A DNA stretch of 60,958 bases from a bacterium (GCA_043756865.1 JAYUQG010000028.1:1-60958); one strand, 5' to 3'; shown: positions 42,818 through 53,123, counted from the first letter of the stretch. Notes: generated from the letters alone by a model not told the origin. Numbers and translations: made by a program.

Positions 42818-43187
42818 TTAATACGTGCACAGTGGGAACCCAAAAAGGATTGACCCTAATCCCACCAAGATTCCTGTGATTTCGATTCCAATTTCGGACA
42901 CCTTAAGTTTTGCTATAAAACTGCTCACCTGCGGGTAAGCTGCAAAAAGATGAGCGGAGAGGACAAGACCTATCGCGATTGCAACAAGAGCCTGCGGATA
43001 ACTGGGACCGAACAAGGGAATGGGAAAGTACGCCAGCCCCAAGCACGAGTTCCATAACGCCGATTGCACCTGCAAATGTGCTCAGTTTTTCATGTACTGA
43101 TGCAATTTCCTTACTTGCCCCGAATTCCTTCAGTTTTGGTGCGGCGAGCATAAATCCTGCAACGATATTTGCTGTCTGTATAACCAT
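42818..43187 (-). pseudogene. small multi-TM membrane protein split by a 1-nt frameshift
   Basis: ORFs 42903-43193 and 42818-43075 overlap in adjacent frames. Both carry plausible TM sequence only on their non-overlapping parts. Confidence 0.45.
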
Positions 43188-43252
43188 GCACAAATTATCC
43201 CATTGAAATAAAAATCTGCAAAGTTTTCTTGGATTAATTCGCGTATGACACT

Positions 43253-45277
43253 TTATGAGACAACTTGAGCGAGTTCGCCCCTCAGCATGCTTGCCACTTT
43301 TGATGAGACAATTTCCTTGTCTGACAAATCTTCCAAAATCCTATCTTCAGCTTTACGAATACCCGCTTCGGCAAAAATACGCTGGAGTACGCTCGCGATA
43401 TCCGTGTTCTCGGTTGCGGTCTGCTCCATGAGGCCTCTTGATTCATTTTCAATCTGCCCATAGAGAGCCACTATTTTACCTATGACTCCTTCGTCAAACA
43501 GTAGTGAGCTGTCAGAAAGTTTTTGCAATTCCTCAAGTGCTTTGCGTGCGGTTATCATGCGCGCACGATAATACATGTATACATCATCGGGACGCCCCCG
43601 TAGTCGAGTTGGGGATGCTATCTCCAAAGTAAGTGAAACTATTTTTCCTTCCTCAAGGTGGTGTTGCCGCTCACCAAGATCAGCAAGGATGGCCTTATGC
43701 ACGCGCTCGCTTACTTCTTCATACTGGTGAAGTGTTTTTAGCGAATGTTTTTCGTAACCTGTTGCATACAACATCAGAAATGACTCGGAAACTCCGCCAA
43801 GTTCGGCGCATCGGGCACAAGCGTTCCGAAAGCTTGTTTCATACCTACTCCGAAGCTCCCTGTGCATGTTGTCGGTGATATAGCGCTTGTCGTGAAAGCG
43901 CTCAATTTCACGCAGCACCTTTGCATACAAGAGCGCCTGAGCCTCATCGTGTTCTGCAACCTCAAGACGCGAGAGGGCATCAATATGTAATTTGCGAATT
44001 AACGGGCCGATAGTTGTTGCCTTTATAAAGAGCGTGAAGTACATGCACGCAACTGTCAGTCCGATTAGGAAATCACGCACACCAAATGCGTAGTTCCAGC
44101 CCTGCACAGTAAAATCGGCGGGAATAAGCAAAACCATGGTAATTGCCAGTGCGCCACGCAATGAACCCCACGAAAGCAGGTGCTGCCAAGTAAGCGGAAT
44201 GGGCTCTTCTTTTCCCCACCAATTCAAGACTCCGACAACGGGGTAAATAGACACGGCACGCGCAATTATAACAACCAGCACCGCAACAATAGTGGGGGCG
44301 ACAATAAGCGCCGGGTCTATGGCAATATCAGCAAAGAGCAGTCCGATTAATATGAATACGAGTGAATTTGCCACAAATGCAAAATACCCCCAAAATCGTT
44401 CCATATATTCGGCCACGCGGGGGGTTAATTGATATCGTCCGGAATTCCCAACAATCATAGCCGCAACCGTAGTGGCAATAATGGCAGAAAGATGAAATTC
44501 GAGTCCCATTGCATGAAATCCTTTTCCCATTAGTTCGGCGGAAATAAACGTAAAATGCGCAATCACCATTGTCAGGGTGATCTCAAGATACTCATCTTTT
44601 TTTACTATTTTAAGCAGTCTTGAAAACCCAAAACCCACCATAGTACCCCAAACTGCACCTCCCACCACCATTCCGACAAACGCAGCAGCGCCGGAGATGA
44701 CTGACGTCGTACCATGCCAGCCCTCAAGGGCAACACCCAACACAACGAGAAACAGGGCGACGGCAGTTCCATCGTTAAAAATACTTTCACCCTCAAAAAG
44801 AAGTGTCAGCCGCTTAGGCGCACCATACTCCTTAAAAAGAGCCAATACGGCCACAGGGTCAGTAGCGGAAATCAGTGCGCCAAAAAGCATTGTCACAATA
44901 AATGGAACAGGGAATCCAATCCAATCAAAAAGGAGGTAGAGGAGAGCGGCGATGAGAAGTGCTGAGACCATAAGTGAGACCACGGAAAGCAGCGTAATGC
45001 TGCGGACATTTTCCATCACCCGTCGGACGTGCATATTATATGCTGACTCAAAAATTAGCGGGGGTAAAAATACGTAAAAAAGCACATCCGGAGTCAGACG
45101 AAATGCTCCCAAGAATGCGAGCGGCTCAAAGCGGGAAAGTGGAATAAGCAAAAGCCCAACTACAACCAAAAGTACCGTGTACGGAAACTTCAGTTTACGC
45201 GCCAGCAAGAAAACCCCAACGGCAATAAACATCAGAAACGTGAGCGAGCACATTATCGCAAGTGTTGGAGACATCAC
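43253..45277 (-). CDS. CPA1-family Na+/H+ (cation:proton) antiporter, NhaP-type, with a long cytoplasmic tail
   Basis: LLFEGESIFNDGTAVALF and ATDPVAVLALF signatures, with about 12 TM helices. Confidence 0.9.
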   Translation of the reverse strand: MMSPTLAIMCSLTFLMFIAVGVFLLARKLKFPYTVLLVVVGLLLIPLSRFEPLAFLGAFRLTPDVLFYVFLPPLIFESAYNMHVRRVMENVRSITLLSVVSLMVSALLIAALLYLLFDWIGFPVPFIVTMLFGALISATDPVAVLALFKEYGAPKRLTLLFEGESIFNDGTAVALFLVVLGVALEGWHGTTSVISGAAAFVGMVVGGAVWGTMVGFGFSRLLKIVKKDEYLEITLTMVIAHFTFISAELMGKGFHAMGLEFHLSAIIATTVAAMIVGNSGRYQLTPRVAEYMERFWGYFAFVANSLVFILIGLLFADIAIDPALIVAPTIVAVLVVIIARAVSIYPVVGVLNWWGKEEPIPLTWQHLLSWGSLRGALAITMVLLIPADFTVQGWNYAFGVRDFLIGLTVACMYFTLFIKATTIGPLIRKLHIDALSRLEVAEHDEAQALLYAKVLREIERFHDKRYITDNMHRELRSRYETSFRNACARCAELGGVSESFLMLYATGYEKHSLKTLHQYEEVSERVHKAILADLGERQHHLEEGKIVSLTLEIASPTRLRGRPDDVYMYYRARMITARKALEELQKLSDSSLLFDEGVIGKIVALYGQIENESRGLMEQTATENTDIASVLQRIFAEAGIRKAEDRILEDLSDKEIVSSKVASMLRGELAQVVS

Positions 45278-45539
45278 ACTGAGGAATTAAGAGTAATCCA
45301 CTACCAAAGTAGGTAATTAACGAGTGTACACCAAAATCTCACACAATAACAAGGACACTTGTCCAAACCTTTCATGTATCGATGAAAAATTGCCCAGAGA
45401 TAGGAGCGCTTCGCTCGCCCGATGTCACACGCTTGCAAAGTACTACCTTGACATAATGAGCAGTGGCGGGGCACGTTATCGCATTGTGTTTGACACGCAC
45501 ACATGCTAATTTCACAGAAGCAGTACTGGGAATTTTTCT

Positions 45540-45794
45540 ATGGTCACAACATGGCTTACCGTCACTTTGGCACTGTTGTCGGGAATTATCTGGGGATACA
45601 CATCATTTCATATGCGTAACTTTGCCTATGGTGGCGCTGCTGGAATACTCTCCTACTGTGCATTTGGCCCAGTAGCCGACCCGATGCAGTCTGCGCAACA
45701 CTTCGCCGTAGTACATGTAAGCATTTTCGTTATTGCACTTTTGTGTACGGTGCTACTGCGCCGACTTGTGCGATTGCTCACCTTGGAAGAATAA
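45540..45794 (+). CDS. small membrane protein (84 aa, hypothetical)
   Basis: Three hydrophobic helices. No RBS seen. Confidence 0.35.
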   Translation: MVTTWLTVTLALLSGIIWGYTSFHMRNFAYGGAAGILSYCAFGPVADPMQSAQHFAVVHVSIFVIALLCTVLLRRLVRLLTLEE

Positions 45795-45958
45795 GTAGGC
45801 GGAGAATTATAGCACTCCACAGTAGCAATAGGCACGACATCCGTGTCTGTTTTTTATTCTGCTGCTAGGTATGTTTTGTCACTACTGACCTTTCCAATTT
45901 TTACGTGCGCACGACGAATATCCGTTGCCGAGACCCAGAACACTCATCTCAACCCAAA

Positions 45959-45981
45959 ATGTCAAGGTTAAACCTTGACAT
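45959..45981. repeat. palindrome copy 3, a 23-nt perfect palindrome
   Basis: atgtcaaggtt-a-aaccttgacat. Confidence 0.9.
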
Positions 45982-46089
45982 AAAAGGTCAAAAATGTGGC
46001 TTTAAATATAGTGCTTCGGCTCTCGGTTATGGCGCCCTTCAGTGCGAACACAGCGTGGGGGGTAAATTTCTTGTACAATTATAGGCATC

Positions 46090-47517
46090 ATGTACTTCAT
46101 TCGCTTTTGTAGTTTTGCACTCTTGTTAGCAATTATTGGTATCTGGACTACCCCAATTACTACTTTCGCCTATCTCGAAGGTCATATCAATATGTGGTCC
46201 TTTGATGAGGGCTCGGGAAGGACGCTCATTGACCGCGCAGGTACAGCAAATGGCACCGTACTGGGCAACGAAGTTGAATGGGTGAAAGGAAAAACCGGAA
46301 CAGCGCTCCATCTCTCCGGCAATTCAGATCAAGGAATAAGTGTTCCAAATGATTTTCTCAAAAAGGGTGAAGGGACAATCGGCCTCTGGGTGAACATGGA
46401 CAAGCTCTCTGATGGCAATGTTATTTTTTCTGCAAAAAAGAAGGGTGACGCACATGTATACATGATTTTCTCCATTGACGCGCAAGGCCGCATCGTCATA
46501 TCGCAAAAAAACGGTGCATCGAGCACCGAGAGAACACTGCGCACGACAGAGCGCCTCGAAGCAGGTAAATGGCAAATGCTTATTCTTACGGCATACAACG
46601 GTACCTATACTGTGTACGTCGGTGGTGTGGCACAATCTTGGGATGGAGCCGCCAGCGGCACTTGGTTTGCTGATGCAGTTCCGGGAACAATTGAATATAT
46701 GATAGGTGCTTCTCAGGTGCCGGAACGTCTTGGGGTCTTCACGGGGGTGCTCGATGACCTGTGTTTTTTTGACCACGGTTTTCCAAAAGAGGAGGCCGAG
46801 CTCTTAGTGCAGTTGAATGCAGAATACAACGCACAGTCTTCTGAAAGTATCGTCGTTATTCTGAATGCAGACAGCGACCGTGTCGTATCTGGTGGCACCA
46901 CAACATTGCGCTGGTCGAGCACTGGAGCTACTACGTGCTATGCGAGTGGCTCGTGGAGCGGAGAACGTCCCACGTCAGGAACCGAGCTACTGACGAACCT
47001 CACAACAACAAGCACCTATTTTCTCTTGTGCACTAAACCTCCGGCGCTTGTCTCTGGTACACAGGTAACCGTCATCGTAGTTAATGTAGTGGGAACAGTA
47101 TTGTACCCGAAAGCATCGGGAGATAACCGAAGTACATCAACTTCTGCCACGACAAGAAAAGAGCCGACACTTCCCGCAGGTTGCGCAGAGTATCTCAAAA
47201 CTTATCTCAGACGAGGTGCCACCAATAACAAAAGTGAGGTTATTAAGTTGCAGCAATTTTTGAATGAAGTGATGAATGCAAAACTTCCCACCAGTGGATA
47301 TTTTGGACCCCTTACCTACAGCTGGGTAAAACGCTTTCAGGTCCGCTACCACGACGCAATAATTAAACCATGGACGGAGGCCGGATACGACACAACTGGC
47401 ATGTCTGAAGGCACGGGATACGTGTACAAAACAACTCGTCATCATATTAATTTTATGAAGTGCGCCTCTCTTAATGCACCCAAGCCCGATCTCTTGCCAG
47501 ATATTGTTCCTCGATAG
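46090..47517 (+). CDS. secreted LamG/concanavalin-A-like lectin domain protein with a C-terminal peptidoglycan-binding domain
   Basis: WSFDEGSGRTLIDRAGTANGTVLG...WVKGKTGTALHLSG is LamG-like. SEVIKLQQFLN...SGYFGPLTYSWVKRFQ is PG_binding_1-like. Confidence 0.75.
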   Translation: MYFIRFCSFALLLAIIGIWTTPITTFAYLEGHINMWSFDEGSGRTLIDRAGTANGTVLGNEVEWVKGKTGTALHLSGNSDQGISVPNDFLKKGEGTIGLWVNMDKLSDGNVIFSAKKKGDAHVYMIFSIDAQGRIVISQKNGASSTERTLRTTERLEAGKWQMLILTAYNGTYTVYVGGVAQSWDGAASGTWFADAVPGTIEYMIGASQVPERLGVFTGVLDDLCFFDHGFPKEEAELLVQLNAEYNAQSSESIVVILNADSDRVVSGGTTTLRWSSTGATTCYASGSWSGERPTSGTELLTNLTTTSTYFLLCTKPPALVSGTQVTVIVVNVVGTVLYPKASGDNRSTSTSATTRKEPTLPAGCAEYLKTYLRRGATNNKSEVIKLQQFLNEVMNAKLPTSGYFGPLTYSWVKRFQVRYHDAIIKPWTEAGYDTTGMSEGTGYVYKTTRHHINFMKCASLNAPKPDLLPDIVPR

Positions 47518-47545
47518 GTAGCCGTAGTCTTTCTTTTGATTGGAA

Positions 47546-48058
47546 TCACGCGAAACGCAACAATGTGTATGCGACACCGCGCATGAGGAGCTCACCCTCA
47601 CTCACTCCGTGTACACTCTTTGTGTATCGCTCAAGAATAACTTGCTTCAGTGCACCAACATCGCTTACATGCTTGAGGGGATACTGGAAGTACTTAGGGG
47701 TGAGGGCGTCATAAGAAAGTCGCTCGTCACACCGCATACATACCGCAGTCAACGTATTATCAAAAGAAAGGAGAGGCTGCTGCTCCTCGCCCGTACGAGT
47801 GTCAAAAAAACCTGAGCGGATAATGCGAGGAAGTGCATACTGCGCACGAACAATATGTCCCGCGGTTTCAAGATTAAAATGTCCCAGGTAGCCCAACTCC
47901 TTGTTGATACCACTGTACTCCGATTCACGAATGCGAATGATTCCATCGACACCAAGTCGTGCGAGTAACTCTGCGCTCTCCACAACTACCTCTTTGCCCT
48001 GATCGAGTACGAGTATGCTCCCCTGAGGGTGTTCGCGAGTGAGTGGTGCTGTGTGCAT
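47546..48058 (-). CDS. hypothetical protein (170 aa)
   Basis: Clean ORF. No motif recognised. Confidence 0.5.
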   Translation of the reverse strand: MHTAPLTREHPQGSILVLDQGKEVVVESAELLARLGVDGIIRIRESEYSGINKELGYLGHFNLETAGHIVRAQYALPRIIRSGFFDTRTGEEQQPLLSFDNTLTAVCMRCDERLSYDALTPKYFQYPLKHVSDVGALKQVILERYTKSVHGVSEGELLMRGVAYTLLRFA

Positions 48059-48126
48059 AAGGAAGAGTCAGAAGGTGTTTACACCAGTATAGCAGTTCAG
48101 CTTTTAGTAGAAAAAAATACACAAAC

Positions 48127-48154
48127 AAAAGGGCCCCTGTGAGGGGGCCTTTTG
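48127..48154 (-). terminator. intrinsic terminator after the kinase-like gene
   Basis: aaaag-ggcccc-tgtgag-ggggcc-tttt hairpin. The minus strand is followed by a U-rich run. Confidence 0.65.
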
Positions 48155-48266
48155 AAATGTACCGAACGAATCGGTACATAATGAATATACACCCTCCACA
48201 GTATTACGCAAGGGCGTGATGTGGATAACAAGTATCTCGTGAATAACGGCCTTGTGAAGCCATAAA

Positions 48267-49073
48267 TCATATACCAGAGAGAAGTTTAAGTGCTTTATTG
48301 TAGTACTTATTACTTTCCAATTGAAGCGAATCCCCAAAGTGCGCTCCGCTCACTATAGGGTCCCACACTGACCATGTCATATCTGACACCGTTCTCTCTA
48401 GTATGCGCGCGCGAAAAAGTTCCTCAAAGTCAGGAATTTCTAATTTTCCAGTGCACGCATGAAGTACTTTTTTGGAAAAGTCAGCATCAGACATCCCCCA
48501 GAGTTTCCCCATGCGATGCGCACACACTGCCGCCATAAATGCGGGGTCTCCCAAACTTACCTTCTGCCAATCAACAAATTTTGCTTGTCCGTCAGACAAG
48601 TACAGCACATTGTCCCCATGGATATCGTTGTAGATAAATGTATTTACAGATTGTGATAATGCGTCCTCGTGACAGTGGAGTGCAATCTTCGCCTGCTCAG
48701 CAACACTACGAAATGCGAGCACGGTGTCGTGAGTGTCTCCAACATGTTCCGCCATTTCTCGGATGCGCATATCCCACGCATCAAAATTTTTCTTATACGA
48801 TGTGTAGCTATTCGTAAAGATCAACCCCTCAATTGGTACAGATATCTGCGAAGTACGATTCAGGAGCGCAATAAGCGCATCAAAGTGTACTTGAGCCAAG
48901 GAGGTAATTTCTGCATACGGCGTACCTGTAATAAATTCTTCGAACAATATTGGTGACTGAAATCCGTGCATATCAAGTGCAATAGGTTTTGGTCCCACTT
49001 CTACATCTGCAACAGACTGCAATATTGCATACTCTTCCGCTACGTCTGTGTGGTTTGAATTTTTCTGTCCCAC
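48267..49073 (-). CDS. aminoglycoside/choline-kinase-type phosphotransferase (APH family); the N-lobe is out of frame upstream
   Basis: YNDIHGDNVLY (HGD.H..N-like) and FVDWQKVSLGDPAF. The same frame stays open upstream to about 49262 without a start codon. Confidence 0.75.
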   Translation of the reverse strand: MGQKNSNHTDVAEEYAILQSVADVEVGPKPIALDMHGFQSPILFEEFITGTPYAEITSLAQVHFDALIALLNRTSQISVPIEGLIFTNSYTSYKKNFDAWDMRIREMAEHVGDTHDTVLAFRSVAEQAKIALHCHEDALSQSVNTFIYNDIHGDNVLYLSDGQAKFVDWQKVSLGDPAFMAAVCAHRMGKLWGMSDADFSKKVLHACTGKLEIPDFEELFRARILERTVSDMTWSVWDPIVSGAHFGDSLQLESNKYYNKALKLLSGI

Positions 49074-49323
49074 CTTTGCAACACGTGCAACGACACTGCC
49101 ACTTCGTGTATCGATGCGAAAGTTATCATGGCTACCTCCTTTTTCCGGAGCAAGTACTGAAACGCGAAGAATCTCAACATCACCAAGTGGCTGTTTCGCT
49201 TTTAGATATATCTCAAGGACATCAGCACTGGTGTTCTTTATGACGAGTATTTTACCATGTATATAAAAACCCAGTGTTGTTCAAATTGTATTTCGCGAAG
49301 CCTCCAGTCATGCTAAAAAGTGA

Positions 49324-51099
49324 CTATATCTCTGAAAAAAATTGACACATGTCAGTGGGTGAAAGGTCTTTAAGGATTTTGTCGCAGAATTCCTTCATTT
49401 CGGCATATGGCATAAGCGTGGGCTGGAAATTCTTTATGGTATAGGGGAAAAGAAAAAAGCTAAGTGCGCCATTTTCGTAGGCCGTCCCGACCCCATACCC
49501 CAGCTTTGTCTCCTTTGTCGTCTGGTCAAAGATAAAATTTCCTAGTGAATAGAAAATAGTTCCGCTCTTGTAGCGCTCTATTGTCTGCACAACGTGCGGG
49601 TGGTGACCAATAACTACATCCGCTCCGCTGTCGACAAGCCTGTGTCCGATTTCCACCTGACGAGCAGAGGGCTCCCCTGTGTACTCGAACCCCCAGTGTA
49701 TATGCACGATGAGGTGTTCGTTCGTGTGCTTGAGTTCGGTAATTTTTTTGTAAAACAGTTCGAGGGCGTCATCGCTCGATCCGGTTTCGTCTATTCCCAC
49801 AAATGCAACGTTTGTATTGCCGATTGTTCTCGTGATGTAGCTCTCGTCGACACGGTGACCTCCGAATGCAGCAACCCCCGCCTCACCGAGATGGCGCCGC
49901 GTATCGAGAAAGCCTTGCCGAAAACAATCATTACTGTGATTATTTCCCAAATTCACCGCATTAAAACCCTCGCGCCGAAGCAAGTTGGCGGTTTCGGGAT
50001 TAAACCGAAATGAGTAAGCTTTTTGCTGACATTCCGTCACTCTAGTAATCGGCCCTTCAAGATTCGCCACAATGAAATCGGCCCCTTTCAAAAAATTTCC
50101 TTCGACACCGCGAATGTTTGCAAATGGGTCACCCCCTTTGTCCATGAAATTACGGACCCCACGATCAAGCATTAGATCGCCAAAATTAAGTGTTGTAACT
50201 GAATGTGACTGCCGCGCTGCACCCTTGGTGAAATGTGCAAAAAGGTAACTCGTGACATCGTCGTATGCCGGATTGCCGACTATGTCTGCAGCGTTCACTT
50301 GTTTTGAGTGCATGACCTCCGCTCCTCGTGCGTCTAAATACGCGAGGAGCACTGCGAGTGAGGCGGGGCTATCGACCTCGGCCCCGAGTACCCTCGGAAT
50401 ATCTGCATTTGCGATTGCCGATACTGATAGCGCATCGTGAAATTGTGCTGCAGTGCGACTCAGGTGGTGCGAAAAGTCCACACTCGCTATAACCACAGCA
50501 TCGGCAGGAAGGGTGGCATTAAGACTAGTTGCCAAACGGTGGAGCACCCGCAGGTCAGTTCCTCCTCGAATAACAATAGGCACTACTTGAGCATCAGGCA
50601 GGTGGTGTGCCACATACGAAACCAGCGCCGAAATGGAATGCTCTTTGGTAAATGGAATTTCGTCTACAGCGAGTACTCCTTGTTCTTTCAAGGCACCAAT
50701 AATAGGCAAATCAGGATAAACCATGCCCCATGCTGTCTCATAAGGATATTCCGAAGCAAGAATTTTACCTGACCCTACTCCGTAGTGATTCGGCCCAACA
50801 ATAACGACCGTTTTAATTTTTTGGTCACGCAGTTCAGCAAAGAATGCGCCAATATCGTCTCCGGCGAGTAAGTGGTGCGACACGATGCCGCCATACACTT
50901 TTTCTTTTATTCCCTGCACAAACTCCGCTTGCGCCAAATTTCCATATGCTTCTTGCTCCGCATAAAATGCAAAGTGTTTCGGACCAGCATAGAACTGCTC
51001 GGGTGTTGCGAGGAAATGTTTGAGTCCAACTGCTACTACAGTGGCGAGTAACAGTATAAAAACAACCCCAACCACAATCAAGGGTGTGCGCCATCTCAT
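49324..51099 (-). CDS. fusion of a Memo/AmmeMemoRadiSam-B-like domain and a CapA (PGA_cap) metallophosphatase-like domain
   Basis: N-terminal TM helix. The Memo-like part has GGIVSHHLLAG...VVIVGPNHYG...EHSISAL...SVDFSHHL. The CapA-like part has NLEGP, GNNHSND, HWGFEYT, GHHPHVVQ and GNFIFDQ. Confidence 0.75.
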   Translation of the reverse strand: MRWRTPLIVVGVVFILLLATVVAVGLKHFLATPEQFYAGPKHFAFYAEQEAYGNLAQAEFVQGIKEKVYGGIVSHHLLAGDDIGAFFAELRDQKIKTVVIVGPNHYGVGSGKILASEYPYETAWGMVYPDLPIIGALKEQGVLAVDEIPFTKEHSISALVSYVAHHLPDAQVVPIVIRGGTDLRVLHRLATSLNATLPADAVVIASVDFSHHLSRTAAQFHDALSVSAIANADIPRVLGAEVDSPASLAVLLAYLDARGAEVMHSKQVNAADIVGNPAYDDVTSYLFAHFTKGAARQSHSVTTLNFGDLMLDRGVRNFMDKGGDPFANIRGVEGNFLKGADFIVANLEGPITRVTECQQKAYSFRFNPETANLLRREGFNAVNLGNNHSNDCFRQGFLDTRRHLGEAGVAAFGGHRVDESYITRTIGNTNVAFVGIDETGSSDDALELFYKKITELKHTNEHLIVHIHWGFEYTGEPSARQVEIGHRLVDSGADVVIGHHPHVVQTIERYKSGTIFYSLGNFIFDQTTKETKLGYGVGTAYENGALSFFLFPYTIKNFQPTLMPYAEMKEFCDKILKDLSPTDMCQFFSEI

Positions 51100-51101
51100 G
51101 A

Positions 51102-53099
51102 TTACTTAAGTAATGAACCTCCCCACTCCACAACAGTAAATCCATCGCGGCTTGGTGTTTCAGGAAGCACCTGCACTGGGAGTGTCTCTTTTCTTGCAGT
51201 TGCCTGCGCATACATCACCACGCGGATAATTTGGTCGGGACGTTTCTCTCCCACAACACGAAGTGGCGCCATGAGATTAAATTCTTCTTGGTCAAGGAAC
51301 ATAATCTTGTGATAGGGAGCATTGTCTTCCGCAAGCTTCGCTACCCAGTACTCATTAAAATCGGCAATTTCCTTTGCATTTAGGCCGAGCAGTGTCAGCT
51401 TGTCAACCAAGAATCGCGGTATGTCGCCCCGCGCAACTACCCACCCCTTGGTAATTGCGGGTGTATCAATACTCCAACCAGCCCAATACAGATAGGGGTA
51501 CGTCTGCTTGCTTAACTTATCGATAATTGTTCCGTCGGGGTGCGCAGTCACATGCCATCCGTTGTTGTACTCAGGAATAGTATGAGTAAAGCCGCCGTTC
51601 GGTGCGACATAGACACTCACATCCATTTCTTTCTCGGGATAAAGATAAATTACCGGTTTGCACTTTTCTGCGGCCTGCACATATTTTTTATTCTTCATTT
51701 CGATCCACCGACCAAAAGGATCTTGCCAATACAGGAACGGATTGAGTGCGAGAAACTCATCATATGAAGGCGTCAACTTCTGATAGGCAGCCATCGTGTT
51801 CTTGTCTTCGTATAACACTTTCAGCTTTGGTTCGACTGGTGCAAGAGCGAAGAATGGCTCGCCGAGACTGTTGCGTGCTACCTCATACAACCCATTTGGT
51901 TTTTGGACAACAGGAAGGCAGCTCCAGTCGGAATCTACGTCATAGGATTCGTTAAAATTTTTACCGTTTGAAAGTGTGAGATCGACAACGCCATTCTCCT
52001 TGTTCATGAAGGGTAATTGTAGTGAATAGTACACAAGGGCATGGTCTTGTCGTTTTGCGACTATGCAGCTGCGGTAATAACTTGTTTCGTATATGTTCCC
52101 CACAACAGGGTCGGTAAACAGCGTTTTGGTTGTCCCTTCCTTGTCGAACACTCCTGATGCAAAATCTTTTTTCAGTACATAGGAAGAATTGGGTATCGCA
52201 ATCACATCAGGTGTTTGGACTACCGTGACAGTAAATCCGCTCGCATTGCCCACAGGAATCACACGATCTCCATGATAAATATGATAGACGAGTTCATCTT
52301 CTGATCTTCCACCACAGTCCATCCCGCATTCAGATGCAATTTTTGCAATGATACGGTCGCCCTTGAACACACCATTATTCACTGTTCCCACGATGTGACC
52401 ATTCGGTTCTGCGCAATACCGTCCTGCCCGTTCTTCTCGAGTCTCAATAACAAGAGGAGGTCCCTTGCTCCAAATGACATTAAGCGCATATGGTCGCAAA
52501 TCAATACTTGGCGGAAAAAATGTGACACTTGCTAATAGTTCTTGCGGGATTCTTTCTCCCCACATGTCGAGCACGTAATGTTCACCCATCACGAGCAAAG
52601 CCGTTTCAGGATACCCGTACTCACTTGGTCTGTCCTTTCGTAATAAATATGCGTCGTGACCTGCTACCGTAACTTTTTCTTTTATCATTCCGCCGTAGTT
52701 TTCGTTCACCCAATTAGACTCCTTGGCATTAAATAAATCATCGAGGGTGACCCCCTTACCCACGGTGCGCGCTTCAACACAGAAGTTTTCCTGTCCGCGA
52801 GTAAAACAATTTCCATAGCGAGTATGTGCTGGTGCAACCGAACTTGGGTAGACGTACGAATAACCCATCAGTTCGTCACGATAGGTATTCCAAGTGGTCG
52901 CTGAGGAACTCGCCACTAAAGTGACGAATGGTTCGTGTTCAGGGGTGAGGGGTTGCACATTAAGTGCGTTTTGGGCAGGTGCGGGAGGGGGAGGATTCTT
53001 GATAGTGCCGCTCATCCGCACCGCTGAAACTATCACCGTGGCGACAAACACCACCAGTACTAGGGAAAGCAGAACACGGGCAATTTGAGAATGGTTCAT
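51102..53099 (-). CDS. large membrane-anchored hypothetical protein (665 aa)
   Basis: N-terminal TM helix. Only 2 nt separate it from the downstream CapA-fusion gene. No motif recognised. Confidence 0.6.
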   Translation of the reverse strand: MNHSQIARVLLSLVLVVFVATVIVSAVRMSGTIKNPPPPAPAQNALNVQPLTPEHEPFVTLVASSSATTWNTYRDELMGYSYVYPSSVAPAHTRYGNCFTRGQENFCVEARTVGKGVTLDDLFNAKESNWVNENYGGMIKEKVTVAGHDAYLLRKDRPSEYGYPETALLVMGEHYVLDMWGERIPQELLASVTFFPPSIDLRPYALNVIWSKGPPLVIETREERAGRYCAEPNGHIVGTVNNGVFKGDRIIAKIASECGMDCGGRSEDELVYHIYHGDRVIPVGNASGFTVTVVQTPDVIAIPNSSYVLKKDFASGVFDKEGTTKTLFTDPVVGNIYETSYYRSCIVAKRQDHALVYYSLQLPFMNKENGVVDLTLSNGKNFNESYDVDSDWSCLPVVQKPNGLYEVARNSLGEPFFALAPVEPKLKVLYEDKNTMAAYQKLTPSYDEFLALNPFLYWQDPFGRWIEMKNKKYVQAAEKCKPVIYLYPEKEMDVSVYVAPNGGFTHTIPEYNNGWHVTAHPDGTIIDKLSKQTYPYLYWAGWSIDTPAITKGWVVARGDIPRFLVDKLTLLGLNAKEIADFNEYWVAKLAEDNAPYHKIMFLDQEEFNLMAPLRVVGEKRPDQIIRVVMYAQATARKETLPVQVLPETPSRDGFTVVEWGGSLLK

Positions 53100-53123
53100 G
53101 CCTTCATTATATATTGCTGCGTA

